Assembly: GCA_022605425.2 (NCBI GenBank)
Contig: JAKIMF020000001.1
Location: 1,488,001 to 1,552,000 of the forward strand
Direction of reading: 5' to 3'
Source: Hamiltosporidium tvaerminnensis FI-OER-3-3
Lineage: Eukaryota; Fungi; Microsporidia
DNA length: 64,000 nucleotides
In this document: in pieces, positions 40,280 to 52,085 of the stretch
Position numbering within the stretch: the stretch's first letter is position 1
Layout: each line of letters begins with the position of its first letter
Position numbers and translations under genes: made by a program
Notes under the pieces: generated by a model
Database searches by the model: none
What the model was told of the DNA's origin: nothing
What the model saw: the letters and a program-made list of their open reading frames with translations, nothing else

Positions 40280-41297
40280 TTCCTTCAACGTAATTTTACA
40301 AGGGCCCTTTACTTTATTTTATAAATAGAAAAAAAAAATAGAAAAACCAATTAAAATTTTTTATTTGAAAAAAATGTTTTAAAAATCGGTTTTTTAGATG
40401 TTTCAATTCTTAGAAGAATCAATATTTTAATTTTACGGAATTCATGTTTTTTTTTCTGACATTTTGTTTTAAATTTTGATTAGAGGAATTTGTATAAGAT
40501 GTTACAAAAGAAAATTCTACTTTTAAATACATGTTGGTGTTGTTATAAACTAACATGTATCTGAAATTAGAATTTTTATTTAAGGCTATAGTCTCTTATT
40601 TCATTTTTTTTCTTTTTTACCATTGAAAATGAAATATTTTAACGAAAAAATATTAAATCTTAAATTATTTATACAATGTTATGTCATAAAGTATGTTTTT
40701 TCCTTTCACATGTTGATGTTTGGAAGTTTTAGATTTATTTTAAATAAAAATAATCGTTGGATTTTAATTTTATATCTGTAAATGATACGCTGTTTTTTTC
40801 TCTCGAAAATACTCTAGACTGTATTTATTTGTAAAAAAAACACATCGAGACTATTCTACTCCTTTTTACGAATTCCAATGTTGAGTTTAACTATATTAAC
40901 GAATTTTTTACAGTAAATATTCTACATTAGAGTTTGAGATATTGTGAGATATTCTCGAAACCAAAGCTTTAAATGATAAAATAGCTATGTTTACCTGGAA
41001 ATAGTGTAAAATTCTAAGACGAAGTAATTCGTATCGGTTTTTTATTATAGAGTATGTTTTAAAATGGATAGCCAAGGAATCTACAGAGATATTTGATTGG
41101 TTTTTACGTCATAATAATATATTTATTCTTTTTATATGTTTATTTTTAAATCACTTTTTTGTTTTATTCATTACATTATTTTTTCTATCAAAAAAAATGA
41201 AAAACGAAGATCGCTAGACAATAGAAAAACTAGAAATATAAGTTTATTTTGGAATTTTTTGTAATTAAAATTTATTTTTTCAATTAAAATAAAATAT

Positions 41298-41900
41298 TTA
41301 AATAAATTTTTTTCTTTTAAAAAAATTCTTAATTCTAATTGCATAAACAAATGAAGAACATAAAAATGCAAGGAGAGAAATATATATCGAAACAACGACG
41401 AAGTTTTCAAAATTTATAGAATATTCATTTAAACATTTCATAACTGTTTTGGTTTCTTTGGCTACATCGTGTAATTGATTTCTTAATTTTGATAACGTTT
41501 TTATTGCAGGATCGATACTCACATTTTTTGCGTTTATTTTATCAAATGTATCTTCAGACGTCTCATATGTAAATTCAATACGTGGTATAAAATCAGATGG
41601 TTTGTCTTTTGACTCATATTATGCATAATGTATAGATATTGTCAATCTGTCTGGATTATCAACACTAAATGAAAAATGAATTTCGTCATTAAATTTCATA
41701 TATGAATTGTTAAGTAGAAATTCATTTTTAATTTCGATGTATGCACTAAAAGAACCATATGTTTCTACCATAGATATGAAATATCCTCTGATTATAGAAT
41801 TTTTCTTAATGTTTACTTCCATTGCAATATCTCTTCTGTCTTCTTCAAACATATAAATTAGTGCGCTCGTATAATTCATCAAAAGAAAAAGAAATTGCAT
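41298..41900 (-). CDS. p24/emp24/gp25L family cargo receptor with one internal in-frame TAA (41619-41621)
   Basis: CCCTG-ATG at 41900, signal peptide MQFLFLLMNYTSA, beta-rich GOLD-like region, coiled coil (DPAIKTLSKLRNQL), TM helix and C-terminal IKNFFKRKKFI tail. The ORFs ending at 41619 and 41298 are in the same frame. Confidence 0.8.
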
Positions 41901-42429
41901 CAGGGAATATAAAATTTGATGACGTTTTATATTAATTAAAACTAATGAATGAATGTTGATTCTTTTATTTAAACAATCAAAAGATTGAAACTCACAGAAA
42001 AATGCAGTTTTATGAAACATAGAGGACTGTATATAGTGTTCTGTGTAAGAAAAACAAGAACGGGAGAAATCTCCAAAAAAAAATATATGAATTAGATTAT
42101 TTATTACCTAAAATAGGAAAAAATACTTTGTTGTCAAAACGATTCCATTAGATATCAACTAGAGGTTTTCATGTCCTAGGTATAAATATAATTTTAAAAT
42201 TTTCACTCTTTCTCATTAATAAACTTATTATTGTTATATAAAGATTGATTCGTTTAATATATGTCAAGTATCTAGCAAATAAACCTTTGTTAAATTTTAA
42301 TTTTTTATTTGTAAAAAAATATAAAAAGGAAAAAATAAAATTACATTTCAAAGCTTAAAAAGTAGTTTATGAAATAGTTTATGAAATACTATTAATTAAT
42401 TTACATTTCTGTATGCTTTTTTATATCAC

Positions 42430-43320
42430 GCTTGAAATATATATATTAGAAAGGTAGTAAATTCTCGCAAAAATATATGTACAACGGAAAAGTACACTTT
42501 TTGGACTATACCGATGACATTGATATCATAACAAAAAAAGTAGACGCTTTTCGAGGTCATTTCAGCAAGATCGAACATGAAACACGAGAAGGATGTCTTT
42601 ATATAACTGCAAAAAACCAAATTACATGATGATTTCTAAAAATCACGAAAATGTTCCACTTTATTTTCAGGTAGATGGATACTGCTTTGAGAGCATAGTC
42701 TCTTTTAAATATATATGATGGCTTCTGACGAATATATATTGCGACAGAGCTGAAATAGAAGAGAGAATTATAGCAGAATAGATTTTATATTTTGGCTTAC
42801 AAGAAAACCTAAAATTACGACTTTTCAGCTGAGCAGCAAGAAAATAATATACAGGGTTGAGTTAAGACCCATAATGATGTGCGGCTGCGAACTTGTATAT
42901 TGAAGAAGCGTAATGGGGCGATATTTGGCATATGGGAACGAAAGACTCTACGATGAATATACGGACCAATAAGAAATCAGCAAAGAGAGAGGCGAATCGT
43001 AACAACAATAATACCAAAGCATAAATATTAAAATATATGTTTGGTAACCGAAGTTTGAAAAACTAGATTCTGGTGGCCGGGTTATCTTTAACGAATTCCG
43101 GAAAGCAGAGCATTTAAAAAATGTATTTGTTAAATCCCGAAGACCGAAAACATTTTGGCCGCCTTAAAACTAGATGGCTAGACGATGTTAAAAAATATCT
43201 GAGTAACCTTAGTATAGATAACTTGAAATGATTGGTGCTTAATCGTGACAGGTCGAAGTCATTAGTAAATGAGGCCAGGGCTCTTAATGGCCCGTAATAC
43301 CATTGAGTAAGTAACTAAGA
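42430..43320 (+). mobile_element. 5'-truncated degenerate RTE-clade LINE
   Basis: LDYTDDIDII (YADD), FESIVSFKYI, IYRVELRPIMMCGCE, WERKTLR*IYGP and GRLKTRWLDDV; ends with an AGTA-type short repeat tail. Confidence 0.85.
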
Positions 43321-43339
43321 TAGTAAATTAATGAATTTA

Positions 43340-44280
43340 TATAAAAATAGAAAACAAAATTCAGATTCGAAATATAGAAATCTAGAATAATGCTAGTTGT
43401 AGACATGATTCGTATGAATGAGTAAAGAAAGAAATATAGAGCCAGGATTTCAAGCCATATTCTGTTATATGCAAGATACAAATGTATGCTTGGGTAGGAA
43501 AGTGAGTGTCACTATTATAGAAACACTAGGAAATCTGTGAAGTATTTGGCAAATTAATGTCGAAACCCATTTGAGCAATTCTATACTAGGCCGAAAAAAT
43601 TGAATAAATCGTTGTCTGTATCCACTTCTTCTATAAATATGAGTGAAGATTTCAAATCGAACTAGAAATTATTCCTGCGTGAGAACTCTTAAGAATAGAT
43701 ATGCAGAAATCAGTGTAGACACTATGAAAAAACTTGATCAAAAAATTAAAAATAATAAACCGACTATATATATTGCCTAGTAATTTAATTGGAGATAGAA
43801 ATACTTAGAATGATTCACTGCAAAATTTCTTAGGGAAGAGATAAAGATCTTCGAATTATTAGCCAATAAACAGGTCTTATTTATAAATTTAGTGTAGAGA
43901 TAATCTCTTATGTGATTACATGTGAAAGTGTGCAACTAAATACCTGTTACTTTGGATCAAAAGATTCAAATATCAGCAATAATTACGCTTAAGTTTGATC
44001 AAAAATCCATAGAATGCTGTAAGAGCCTTTCAGATTCATTGGCAAAGAGTTTGTCTTAAAAATCACTACTCTTTGTAAGCTGGATAGGACATAAATGATC
44101 CAGATCATGGAACTGACAACCATAGTAAATTAATATCCTTTATATCTACTCAGCTTTAGAGAAAAGGTTTTAATCAAACAAATATCAAATTTAACCTACA
44201 CAGATGAACATAGAAGTCAACATAAATCAAATAATTCATTCAAAAGTTATAAAAGGAATCAATTACAGTGGAAAATACAA
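43340..44280 (+). mobile_element. Old 3' fragment of the RLE non-LTR family
   Basis: TTCTGTTATATGCAAGATACAAATGTA, TATGCAGAAATCAGTGTAGACAC and GTCTTATTTATAAATTTAGTGTAGAGATAAT match 10400-10870. Confidence 0.75.
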
Positions 44281-44512
44281 TTTAAATGAGTCAAAAATAG
44301 AATTAAAGAACCAAAAACGAGAAAATCGATAACCAAATATTAGATAAAGCTTGATATAAATATAGAAATCAAGTTTATTAGTATTAAATTCATACAAACT
44401 TTTTATTATATTGATTAGTCGTAGAATATATATAAAAGAAATACTTAATTTGTTGGCATTTCGTATAAAAAATAGTTTAAAAATATGAATATAAAATATT
44501 AATCAAAACATT

Positions 44513-45376
44513 TTATGGAATAATGTTACAATACTTTTTTGCTTTCATAAGTCTAACCAATGACACAGTTTCAAAATCCAATTCCAATATAAGTTCTAAA
44601 AATTTATGTTGAGCAGACACAACCTCATAATTAGTTAACGAATCAGACGGAAACAAAGTTGGTGGAAAAATAGTCAAAATATTTTTCATCGTCATTAGAT
44701 TTATTTCTTTTTTATTATCTATTTCTCTAAATAATGCGTACATTTCTAAAAGCAATTTTCTATAATCGTCTGTAAGTGAAAAAGGAAAGACTTCTTTTAC
44801 TAGAAGAAATAAAGATGAGTTTTCACAACTTTTCACTGCTTTTACAAGTGTTCTACATATTCCAAGTGGAATGATACCATCAAGAACTATTCTTATATAT
44901 GCTTTGAGTATTGAAGCATTTGTATGTATATCATACAACGAAATATCATATTTTTCGCCCTTTTCTAATAATTTCGGTACAGAAGTATAGAAAACAACAT
45001 TTCCAGGTACACGAAAAATCCCTTTTTGGTTTACTCCATACATTTTTAAATATTCAATTATTTCATAAACAAACGGATTTATTTTCTTTTTGGAATAAAA
45101 ATCTTCATATTTTTGCTTATTAAACACGTTTTTGAAATAGCCTAATATTTTACAGACTGTGGAATCAGAATTCAATTTTTTTAAAACATTGTAGGAATAT
45201 AAATTTAAACACCTGCGTTCTTCTCTTGTCAACTCTCCATATTTAAGAAAAAATTTATTTGTAATTTTACTATCATTTTGTGTATTTCTTTTATGAACCG
45301 TACAACAAGAACTTTTACAACTATTAAAAGTACCTGTTTCAGAAACTAAATCGTTATTAAAATTATCTGTATGCAT
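44513..45376 (-). CDS. RhoGAP domain protein
   Basis: GIFRVPGN arginine finger, DIHTNASILKAYIR, NLMTMKNILTIFPPTL; CCCC immediately before ATG. Confidence 0.9.
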   Translation of the reverse strand: MHTDNFNNDLVSETGTFNSCKSSCCTVHKRNTQNDSKITNKFFLKYGELTREERRCLNLYSYNVLKKLNSDSTVCKILGYFKNVFNKQKYEDFYSKKKINPFVYEIIEYLKMYGVNQKGIFRVPGNVVFYTSVPKLLEKGEKYDISLYDIHTNASILKAYIRIVLDGIIPLGICRTLVKAVKSCENSSLFLLVKEVFPFSLTDDYRKLLLEMYALFREIDNKKEINLMTMKNILTIFPPTLFPSDSLTNYEVVSAQHKFLELILELDFETVSLVRLMKAKKYCNIIP

Positions 45377-45722
45377 GGGGTGTAATGTTTGTAATTTTAA
45401 TCAAAACGTAGGAATTTAATTACAGTCATGTAAGCTATATAGGAAATTAAATTTTTTTTAGAATTCATTACAGAATTACAAATATCTAATAATTATAACT
45501 ATAATGTTCATATTATATACATTTATGTAAATACACAGTGCTACAAATAACCATAATATTTTTATTTATAGAAAGATGATTTTTTTATGTTTGGATTTCT
45601 ATTCCAGTCTACTACAGCTTTAAAAACTTTTAAAAGCATATTTTAAAACCAATTTCATATTATTGTTCTTTTTAAAAATTTATTTTATCTATTTTTATTT
45701 CATATTATATTGTTCTTCCAAT

Positions 45723-45914
45723 AACATAAATGAAGAGTCGTATTTAGAAGAAGAGACAATAGTGGTTAAAGAGGTAGAAGAAAATATATAAAAATGGTAA
45801 AAATATTTTAACCCAGAATTTTATTTCATATTATATTGTTCCTTGGCAAAAAAGAGGTAGAAGAAAATATATAAAAATGATAAAAATATTTTAACTCAAA
45901 ATTTTATTCAATAA
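45723..45914 (+). mobile_element. Two tandem, very short 3' ends of the RLE non-LTR family with target-site duplications
   Basis: AACATAAATGAAGAGTC..AAAGAGGTAGAAGAAAA..TTTTAACCCAGAATTTTATT matches 11213-11317; the second, shorter copy starts near 45851; each is flanked by direct repeats. Confidence 0.85.
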
Positions 45915-46196
45915 ATTGTTCCTTGGCAAAAAAATAGAGGATCCTTAAAAAAATACAAAAAAATTTAAATCATAATATTTACAAAGATGAATTATGCAAG
46001 AATTGTGTTTATTTATTTCTTATTCCTTGCAGTTCTTTGTAAAATACTTAACATAATTTAAAATCTTTACTTAAAAAACGTTAAAAAAACCAAACAAACT
46101 ATTTACCAAACTCCCTGTACATTTAAATTTTATAAAAATTGCATTTTATGGGTAAAATATTGTTTTCTTTTTTAATAACCATAAATAAAACCCTAT

Positions 46197-46895
46197 ATGA
46201 ATAGCAAGGCAGAAAAATACAAAAATCTTGCTACAACTTGTTTGTCAAAAAAAGATTATAAAGGATATAAAACAAATCTAAAATATGTATATGACATAAC
46301 ACAAAATGAAGATGACAAGATAATGTTGGAAAAAGCTGTAAAAATGTATCAAATATATTTAGATATTCAAGAATTTTTGAAAATAGATCAAAAAGATTAT
46401 TATGCTGTACTTGGATTAGAAAGCAAAGCGACACATGATGAAATAAGAAAAGCATATAAAAAATTGGCATTGAAATATCATCCAAATATTACCAAGCTAC
46501 AGGAGTCTAATGAAGTTTTTGGTCGAATACAAATGGCATATACTACATTGAAAGATGAAAAAACCAGAAGAGATTATGATTTTAGCCGAATCTATAGTAG
46601 AAACACTACATATAATGGATCGGAAAGAATAACACCAGAACATTCTTTCGCATCTGGATTTCATAGTACAACTCCAAACCCATACGGTTACCCTTCGTTT
46701 CATAGTTTTTCGTCTACTGGATTTATTAGTCCTAATGAATATGATTTTTATAGAGCATTTTATCAAATGACAAATGGACCTACATTTTCAACCTTTCATA
46801 GACCAAGAAGAAATAATACACAGCCTATTCAGCAAAATGATTTTAAGGTTATAATTTTTATCATTATTATATTTCTCTTTTTGATTTTTGGATAA
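46197..46895 (+). CDS. Membrane-anchored J-domain protein (DNAJB12/14- or Hlj1-like), HPN variant
   Basis: DYYAVLGL..EIRKAYKKLALKYHPN..F..IQMAYTTLKD..RRDYD, G/F/S-rich linker and C-terminal TM; CCC upstream. Confidence 0.9.
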   Translation: MNSKAEKYKNLATTCLSKKDYKGYKTNLKYVYDITQNEDDKIMLEKAVKMYQIYLDIQEFLKIDQKDYYAVLGLESKATHDEIRKAYKKLALKYHPNITKLQESNEVFGRIQMAYTTLKDEKTRRDYDFSRIYSRNTTYNGSERITPEHSFASGFHSTTPNPYGYPSFHSFSSTGFISPNEYDFYRAFYQMTNGPTFSTFHRPRRNNTQPIQQNDFKVIIFIIIIFLFLIFG

Positions 46896-49496
46896 TTCCT
46901 AGAATTTGTATTAAAATTAAAATATTTAAGAATTTTTTTAGTATTTACCTTCTTAAAATATGGTAGAAGTATATATTTTAATAAAATCAAATATTTTTTT
47001 CTTTGTCTAGATTTAGAAATATTTCATTAATTATTAATTTAATTTATGACTGTAATATTGTTTGTATTTTTAAGAGTAAATTTTATAAGTTTAATTCTTT
47101 TTTTGTCTAATACTCTGATATTATTATTACTATGGTTGATCAGTTAGGTAAGTAACTGCTTTTAGTTATAAAAATAGTTTATGCTGTCTGGTTTTTTATT
47201 TAATCAATATTTATTTGGTTGTTTTTCTACAACAGAGATTTATTATCTTGTATATTATGTTTTAATTTTCTATTCGATATTAGTGTGTATGTGTTATAAA
47301 ATTAGTTTCAGGTATTTTCACAATTCTTTGTAATATATTTTGCTTGTTCAAATTAATTAATATCTTTGGAATGTAACTAATATGACTAAAATTTAGTTAA
47401 GTATGAGCGAGATTTCAAATATAACCTTTAATTTAAAATAATCCGCTCTAAATAAAAAAATTGATTTGTTCTAACTGCCTAAAAAATATAAGAAAATCAA
47501 AGACCATTTCTAAGCAAAAACATATATTTTGATTCAATAATATGTTATATAAACCACATTAAATGACAGATTTCTAAAGGAAATATTAGAGGCATTTTCT
47601 TTCTAAATATTAACTTTTATAGTATTTATTGCTCTAAAATTATTTTACAGAAAGGTTTTATCCAAAAAATGCTGAATATATTTTATATTTAGGGTTTAAT
47701 AGCATTTTTATAAGTAATCTTGTTTATTTTAAGAATTCGGTTTTCGAACAAATATATTTTGTTTGCTTCGTTTGATAAAACAAGTTCACATAATTTTTAT
47801 ATCGGCTTGAATTCTTTACAGGTATTTTGTTGATTAATTAAAAAATGATAAAATTAGATATTTGATAAATCTTTTATGTTTTATTTTCATATTTTAAATA
47901 AGACTCGAAATTTTATTTGAAGATTAAAATTTTTTGTTAAAAAAATACAGGGAAAGTAAATCGATTTTGTAGTCTTCGGAAATTATGATCATAAAATGTG
48001 TCATAATTAAATCGATCAGTCTTTTTTACGCAGATAATCTTGCGTTCTAAACTTTCTTTCATTGCTTAATCTTATATGAATTGCTAACATCTCGTATTCA
48101 TATTCACAGAATGTTTTGTATTCGTCTAATATTATTTTTTTTGCTTCTTTAACCACTGGTTTATAATTTTATTTCCTGGATTTATGATAGATGTTATTTC
48201 TATACTTTCTTAACGTTTCAATTTTTTTTAGAGCAACAATATTAAGAGCTAAATTTAGATTTAACTTTACCTGTTTTTTTAATATAAATTTAAAATTTTA
48301 ACCAATTCACAAGCTGGTTTATCATCCGTTTTTTTCTTAATCAATAAGAAAATCCATTCAGTTTTAACTTTTTGGTTGGCATCATAAGTCAATTTCGAGT
48401 ATTTGTACGTTGTTTTTAGGAATCGAAATTTTTATTCTTGTTTTTTGATAATAATGACTGGTTTTAACATTTGGTTTTTTAAAACAGACTGTGATTATAA
48501 GAGGATTTTCAAAGCTTCTACATTTTAATAAATTTCTTCATATTTTTTTTCATTTCAACCACATTCAGTACATCTTCACATGCATAATATAAAATAATAT
48601 TATATAATCTTGCAAATAAACAATTAATAGTTTGATTTACCTTGAATTAATATCTTTTTGAAAAATATAATATTGTTCTTTTCTGTTTTTATATAATTGA
48701 AGATATAGTAACTCGTAAAATCACTTTTTTTTTCGCAGAGCAATGTACAATTTTTAACTCTAGAGATACAATTGTTTAAAAATGCTAGGATAATGAGTAT
48801 GATACAACAGAAAGTAAAAAGAAAGAGTGAATAAAATCATAACTTGTTTTTAGAAAAGAAAAAAATTTTCAAATTTTGTCTACCCAATTCGAACAGAATA
48901 ATATAAAATTCAAATCAGTACAAATACTAATTAAATTAGTAGATCTCTTGATTAAAGATATTAATCTTAATTTTACACTTTTTAGATTCATAATTCTATT
49001 TTTTCATTTTTTTATACAATTATTGTAGAGATAATAAACCATCGTCTTTAATTCACAGTTTGAATTTTATATTTTTTTTATGCGTCTCAAATATTTTTTT
49101 ATTGTTTAAATATATGGTTTTTGTTTTTAAATCCTATGTTTAGATCATTAATAATGGCTTTTACATGTTTAAGCAATACAAATAATCATTACAACGAAAA
49201 ATTGTAATATTATAAAGGAAAATATGAAAAAATTCGTGACTGAAAATAAACTTTTAAATAATATATTCAAAGGTTAATCTAATATGATTTCTTATAAAGT
49301 AAATTTTTTATTTAGTAAAAATGTAATTTATTTCAAAAATTCTGGCTAAATGTTCAAAATACAATTTTATATGACTACATGGTTTCTTTTAAATTTTATT
49401 ATTTCTTAAATCTCGGTAAAATGTATCATAAAGACCTTTCAAAAGTTTTTACCTTTTTTTATGTATTTTCATGGGTTTAGATTTATATCTTTGAGA

Positions 49497-50190
49497 TGTG
49501 GAGGGAAGATAACCACATAAAAAACTTTCTGCTTGGCAATGTGTGTATGAAACTGGTGCGAGATCATTGTTTGGATTTTTGGTGGGAATAAAACCACACT
49601 ACATCTTCGGTTGTTCCATGGGAGTTGTTATGTGGAGAAGAGGTCTAAGAAATGGAGAAACTTTTTCTACAAATTTATTTGTAGTTTTTTATGTAACCAG
49701 AGTGCAGGCCGCAGCTGAACATGTAGGTAATTGTCATGTAAAAGCATGGAAACCTAGCCTTGCTCACTCGGGTTAGAAGACTTAGCGCCTGGGAGATATA
49801 AAAATAAAAACCATTTAAAGCCGGGAGAGCTAAGTAGCAGGTTATACCTGTTGGTATGACATTGCACTGTCTAGGTGGACCCCATGTAAGTCTCTGAAAT
49901 ATATCTTAGCTAGAAGTTTATTGGGTTCGAAAAGTGTAGAGTAAGTGGGAATGCTGCATAATCTTGGGGGAGCCCAAGAAGGGCTTCGGCCTTCGATCAC
50001 ACTCCATGCAACGGACATACACAAACTCCGAGCAACTGCCTCGCCTATTAATTAGGTTCTACACACCTGGTAGATTAAAGGCTTTGGGACGTAGGTATCG
50101 CAGGAGTTACCGATGGAGTGTTGGGTTAGAGTCATTTATGTTAAACCTAGAACTGCGTTAATGTCATGAAAACAAATATAACACTTGCCA
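49497..50190 (+). ncRNA. Putative large structured non-coding RNA / structured repeat element (long form)
   Basis: GC-enriched island with no credible ORF; more than a dozen nested complementary pairs, two C(UUCG)G loops and a terminal helix 49534-49544/50181-50190; first ~100 bp homologous to 60830 and 63901. Confidence 0.6.
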
Positions 50191-51361
50191 CTTTGTAAAA
50201 AGATGTGATATTTTTAAATAAAGATATCTTTGAGAAAAAAGAGTTTTGAGTAAAATATGAATCAAAATACCAGAGGAAAAATAATAAATTTGTGAAGATA
50301 ATCTGTTTTCATGATTGAAAATAGAAAAAAGAAAATTAAATTTGGGTTCTAAAAAGCTAATTATAAGAATTATAATGAGTCTTGATTAAATTCTTTTTTC
50401 TGAGGGTTTAAGCGGGCAAATATTTGCACGAAAAAACCTATGTTCTTCTATATAAAGTAGAAATTTTTTTCCAGGGCAGGGGAGCAGAGACAGAATGTAA
50501 AGTTTAACTTATTTGAACCGTAAACGCCAGGGTAGCATCTGAAAACAGTTTTTAAAATTTGTTCACCCATTTAATATTAAATACCGTAATAAAATGGTTA
50601 GTTAATATGTTTCTATCTCTATCTAAATATGAAATTAGAGTGGTTTAATACATAAAGAGCTAATTGATTTTGAAAAATTGTTGTGAAAATGTTGCCGAAA
50701 TCCGAGATTGATGGCCATGAAAACACTTGAAATAAAACAAATTTGCCTTTTTTTAAATATCTATTAACTAAAAAAATGAAGATTTGAAAATCCCTTTGAC
50801 CGTACACTCGTAATTATCCAACCAAAAGACCAATAAAATGCAGGTGTGTTAAATAAAAAGCCATTTTTAGAGATTCAATTTTTAAATAATTTCGTATAGG
50901 CTTATTTAAGATAAAATTTTAATAAATTTTCGCAAATTTACCTTAAATGTCTTCATTCCAAGTAAAAAGGAAGTTTAATTATCAATCTATTTACTAGAAA
51001 TTATAAATTCTATATATTAAGATTGCAAAATAATTAAAATCAAGATGAAATCTATTAGAAAGTAGGAAAAACAACATCTATTTCATCGAAAAAGGGTTGG
51101 GAATATTGTAAAACATTATATTTAATTCTCACCTTACTCCCAATCAAGAAGATGTAAACAAAGAATTCCTCAAATTATTGAATGCAAAATTTCAAACGGG
51201 ATGGTTTAAAAACATTGTTTTAGAATACATCAAGAGAACCAAATATAAATTTAGTAGAAAAAAGACACCATACACTGACAAGTAACATAAAGATACAAAT
51301 TGATTCTACTTTTAAAAAAATTATAATTAAATGTGCAGCGGAACTGAAAATAAACCTTTAT

Positions 51362-51698
51362 TTAAATCAAGTAAAATATTAAGACAATAACCAATAAAAA
51401 TAAAAAGAGAATTACAGAATTTCGATAATCGTTTTTCATAATTTCAACCGCCTTACTAAATTTTGCTTTGCCTCTACTAACAAAATTATTATTTTCACTT
51501 ATTTGTGTTGCAATTGTCTCCAATAATAGGTTTTGGGAATTTACCTTTTTTTGTATATCTTCTACATTTTTTTTCAAAGAAAATGTAGCATCTTTTAATA
51601 TTTTTTCTTCCTCTGTGTTTTTTAGCATTGATTTTTGTTTTGATACAAAAACAAACAAATCTTTAAAAAACACTATTTTGTAAATAATGTTTACACAT
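51362..51698 (-). CDS. Small tail-anchored SNARE (Bet1/Qc-like); start uncertain (ATG 51698 via a 22-nt intron, or ATG 51628)
   Basis: Heptad pattern LKKNVEDIQKKVNSQNLLLETI with central Q, C-terminal hydrophobic anchor. Confidence 0.65.
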
Positions 51699-52085
51699 GA
51701 AACTTATAAAAAAAATTTAGTTTTTTTGCTCTTTTAAAGAATTTTTTGTTTTAGTCCTAATAATGAAACTTATAAAAAAAAATTTAACTTTTTGTTTTAT
51801 TTAATCCTTTTTTAGCAATTTAAATTTAAGTAAAATCTAAATTGTTCTTTTTTCTAAACTGGGGAATATTACGATTATAATAATTATTTTTTTGTTTAAT
51901 TTTTAACCAATTTGTATTCTTTGTTTTAAATAATTATGTTTTTTTGCAAAGAATTTGATTTGTTTTTGTTATAAAATTTGCTTTCTGTAAATTTATTTAT
52001 ATCTTTATAATGTTTAATTTCTGTTTCAAATTAATTCTTGTTTTTTTTTTAAAATTTAATAAAAATAATCGTTTTCAATAACAAA

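Noticed and set aside
10413-41621. Genome-wide TAA/TAG-to-Gln reassignment
   Set aside because: MCM7, UNG, PAB1, RhoGAP and others are uninterrupted and end normally at TAA/TAG
49556-49910. Structured element as a group II intron (GTGCG at 49556) or group I intron (CCGCAGC; minus-strand AAGATATA/TTCAGAGAC)
   Set aside because: No domain V hairpin found and GTGCG is not conserved in the other copies; the group I-like motifs are on opposite strands and in the wrong order
49543-50161. Short ORFs (77, 60, 65 aa) in the GC-rich island as genes
   Set aside because: Two lack ATG starts, none has recognisable motifs, and they are expected by chance from higher GC
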